In this document: positions 52,523-54,923 of the stretch, piece after piece
Numbering within the stretch: position 1 is the first letter of the stretch
Layout of the letters: each line of letters starts with the position of its first letter
NCBI GenBank assembly: GCA_947258905.1
Contig: CAMYKF010000406.1
Coordinates: 1 to 54,923 of the forward strand
Length of the DNA stretch: 54,923 bases
Source: an uncultured Pirellulaceae bacterium
GTDB lineage: Bacteria > Planctomycetota > Planctomycetia > Pirellulales > Pirellulaceae
Direction of reading: 5' to 3'
Notes under the pieces: generated by a model
Seen by the model: only the letters and a program-made list of their open reading frames with translations
Database searches by the model: none
What the model was told of the DNA's origin: nothing
Program-made: the position numbers and the translations under genes

Positions 52523-54574
52523 ATGTTGATTCCCCGTTCCTCGTCCCCCGATTCGTATCGCACACGCTTGCGTGAATTCCTGGTCATTTTGGTTCTGTTT
52601 GCGCTGGCAACTACCTCCTGTCAGGTACCCGCCCAGGATGATCCACGCGATCCGGTGCCCGAACCGTCGTCTACAACGCAGACCCAGGACGCCGACGAAC
52701 CAGCTTCATCGACCGGGCAGCACCAGGAACAACAGCACACCAACGCGCTGGCCCGCGAAACCAGTCCCTACCTGTTGTTGCACGCACACAATCCCGTTGA
52801 CTGGTACCCCTGGGGCGAGGAAGCACTGGCCAGGGCCAAAGCCGAAAACAAACCGATTTTTTTGTCGATCGGTTATTCCAGTTGTCACTGGTGCCACGTG
52901 ATGGAACGCGAGTCCTTTATGGACGAGGAGATTGCGGCGTTCCTGAACGAAAATTTTGTGTGCATCAAGGTGGACCGCGAGGAGCGCCCCGACATCGATT
53001 CAATCTACATGACCAGCCTGCGAGTATTTAATGAGATGATCGGCAGCCGACGTGGCGGTGGCTGGCCGTTGACCATGTTCCTGACACCGGATGCGAAACC
53101 GTTTTTTGGCGGGACCTATTTTCCTGCGCGAGACGGTGACCGTGGAGCAGCAACGGGATTCAAAACGCTGGCCGAGCGTATTGCTGCGGCGTGGGCAACC
53201 AGTCGTGATCGCGTCCGCCGGGATGCCGACGTGCTGACCAGCGTGACTCGCAAGGAACTGAGTGGACGGCGCGATCGCGAGACCACGGAGATCAAGTCGA
53301 CATGGATCGACGATTGTCTGATCGAGTTAAAGGACCGGTTTGATCCGGAACACGGTGGATTCGGTTATGCCGCCAACAATCCCCGGCAACCCAAGTTCCC
53401 CGAGCCAGCCAACCTGATGTTTTTGCTGGATGTGCTGGAGAACGATACGGCGAACGAAGAAGTCAAAAACATGCTGGAGCTGACGCTGGACCAGATGTTC
53501 CAGGGCGGTATTTACGATCACGTGGGTGGCGGTTTTCATCGTTACAGCGTCGATCGGTACTGGCACATCCCGCACTTTGAAAAAATGCTCTACGACAATG
53601 GTCAGTTATTGTCCGTTTATGCCCGGGCTTATGAAATGATTCCCAAAGAGGAGTATCGACAGACCTGTGAGGAGATGGCCAGCTGGGCGATGGCCGAAAT
53701 GCTCGACCCCTCCGGCGGTTTTTATTCGGCGCTGGATGCCGAGAGCGATGGCGAGGAAGGCAAGTATTACCGTTGGGAAAAATCCGAATTGCAGTCCTTG
53801 CTGGGTGACCAGTTCCCTCGCTACGCGGAAGTGTATCGCATCAATGAATCGCCCAACTTCGAAGGCGAATACTACGCACCGCAGCTGACCCGGACGCTGG
53901 AGCAACTGGGGCAGGCCAGCGGCAAATCGGCAGCTGACATGCGGACCGAATTGCGGGCAATGCATGACAAGCTGCTGACAGCCCGCAACCAGCGTGAACG
54001 TCCGCTGACCGACACCAAGATCCTGACCGGCTGGAATGGACTGATGATCCGCGGGCTGGCCGATGCCGGTCGGATACTCGAAAACCCGGAATACATTAAA
54101 GCAGCAACTCAAGCCGCAAATTTCCTGCTCGAAAACTCGCTGGTCGATGGCCGTTTACGCCGCACTTACACCGATGGCCAATCGCGGCTGAATGCCTACC
54201 TGGACGACTACGCCTTTTTGATCGACGGCCTGATCGCATTGCATGAGGCGACCGGTAGCGCGAAGTGGCTGGAAAAGGCCCGGGAATTGCAAGCCAAACA
54301 GGACGAGTTGTTTCTGGATGAAAAAGTTGGCGGTTACTTCTTCACCTCGTCGGACCACGAATCACTGCTGGCCCGTGCCAAGAATCCAACGGACGGCGCC
54401 GTTCCATCCGGCAATTCCGTCTCGGCCAGCAACCTGCTGTACCTCGCCGAACAACTGAACAAGGACGATCTGAAAGAGCGGGCTCGTGGCGTCCTTAAGG
54501 GTACCAGCAACATGCTTGACGAATTCCCGTCCATCGCTCCGCGCTTGCTGATCCCGCTACGAGATCTGAAATAG
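52523..54574 (+). CDS. thioredoxin-domain protein of the DUF255/YyaL family (thioredoxin-like N-domain plus six-hairpin alpha/alpha domain), exported or anchored
   Basis: [43 protein letters not shown] is the family signature. An N-terminal hydrophobic segment plus low-complexity linker precedes it. Confidence 0.9.
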   Translation: MLIPRSSSPDSYRTRLREFLVILVLFALATTSCQVPAQDDPRDPVPEPSSTTQTQDADEPASSTGQHQEQQHTNALARETSPYLLLHAHNPVDWYPWGEEALARAKAENKPIFLSIGYSSCHWCHVMERESFMDEEIAAFLNENFVCIKVDREERPDIDSIYMTSLRVFNEMIGSRRGGGWPLTMFLTPDAKPFFGGTYFPARDGDRGAATGFKTLAERIAAAWATSRDRVRRDADVLTSVTRKELSGRRDRETTEIKSTWIDDCLIELKDRFDPEHGGFGYAANNPRQPKFPEPANLMFLLDVLENDTANEEVKNMLELTLDQMFQGGIYDHVGGGFHRYSVDRYWHIPHFEKMLYDNGQLLSVYARAYEMIPKEEYRQTCEEMASWAMAEMLDPSGGFYSALDAESDGEEGKYYRWEKSELQSLLGDQFPRYAEVYRINESPNFEGEYYAPQLTRTLEQLGQASGKSAADMRTELRAMHDKLLTARNQRERPLTDTKILTGWNGLMIRGLADAGRILENPEYIKAATQAANFLLENSLVDGRLRRTYTDGQSRLNAYLDDYAFLIDGLIALHEATGSAKWLEKARELQAKQDELFLDEKVGGYFFTSSDHESLLARAKNPTDGAVPSGNSVSASNLLYLAEQLNKDDLKERARGVLKGTSNMLDEFPSIAPRLLIPLRDLK

Positions 54575-54754
54575 CCTGCAGGCTCACGCCTCCTGTCTCT
54601 CCCAAAGCGACGAGGATAAAAAAGAAACGCAAAGGTCGCAAAGACGCTTGAGGATGTGTGCGAGAGAAAGCAAATCCCGGGAGAGGCCGGCCCTTTCTCC
54701 GTTCAGGAAGTCACGGAAATCCGGCAAAACGCTGCAAAAGCCATGCTGTCGCTT

Positions 54755-54923
54755 TCAAAAACGCCAGCCGATCAGATTCCAAAAAGCAAGGAACCAGACA
54801 AAAGCGACCGACGCCAGGGCGATAAGGCCATAGTGAATCCTGCCCCACCTGTTCCAGCATTGGTTTCTTCCATTCGCCAGCCAGAGGATCACGATCGCCG
54901 GTGTCAGCACTGCTGAAATAACC
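54755..54923 (-). CDS. 3' end of a membrane-protein gene running off the window (tentative)
   Basis: The open minus-strand frame from the window edge reads VISAVLTPAIVILWLANG...YGLIALASVAFVWFLAFWNLIGWRF, then TGA at 54755-54757. Hydrophobic helices are present but only 55 codons are visible. Confidence 0.3.
   Translation of the reverse strand, partial: VISAVLTPAIVILWLANGRNQCWNRWGRIHYGLIALASVAFVWFLAFWNLIGWRF

Noticed and set aside
1-54923. tRNA, rRNA, tmRNA, RNase P, SRP RNA, common riboswitch cores, transposases, integrases and phage genes
   Set aside because: Scanning intergenic regions by eye found no T-loop (GTTCRAATC) in a cloverleaf context, no conserved ncRNA cores, and no recombinase-like ORFs. 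A covariance-model search (Infernal/Rfam, tRNAscan-SE) would be needed to be certain.

Overview
54.9-kb gene-dense, moderately GC-rich chromosomal segment. Gene content points to Planctomycetota: a PSCyt/DUF1549/DUF1553 + DUF1501 gene pair, a giant PVC-type heme/cupredoxin/HEAT protein, an ECF-like sigma factor overlapping a Ser/Thr kinase, and many exported proteins. I call 38 protein-coding genes, one of them partial at the right edge. I recognise no rRNA, tRNA, CRISPR array, transposase or integrase. Left 9 kb (264-9022): a complete reductive pyrimidine catabolic island covering cytosine deaminase, NCS2 permease, dihydropyrimidine dehydrogenase-like, dihydropyrimidinase, beta-ureidopropionase, an omega-aminotransferase and mmsA. 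Middle: exported proteins typical of this phylum, two Ser/Thr-kinase/ECF-sigma signalling modules, folE, an orphan DNA methyltransferase, and MFS transporters. Right: an sdhCAB operon with an extra downstream gene, a cluster of small enzyme folds (CN-hydrolase, DUF1579, cupin, DinB), and a DUF255 thioredoxin-domain protein. I see no obvious defence island or mobile element. The candidates for something new are: (i) several families of short structured intergenic repeats, one showing compensatory stem changes in GCAA-tetraloop hairpins arranged as inverted pairs; (ii) an ECF sigma / anti-sigma / non-protease PDZ protein operon preceded by a 6 x 12-bp tandem repeat and followed by a TPR Ser/Thr kinase; (iii) a dihydropyrimidine-dehydrogenase-like enzyme lacking both its Fe-S domain and any PreT-type partner. 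All functional calls rest on motif recognition by eye and recalled family knowledge. No database search or statistics were run.
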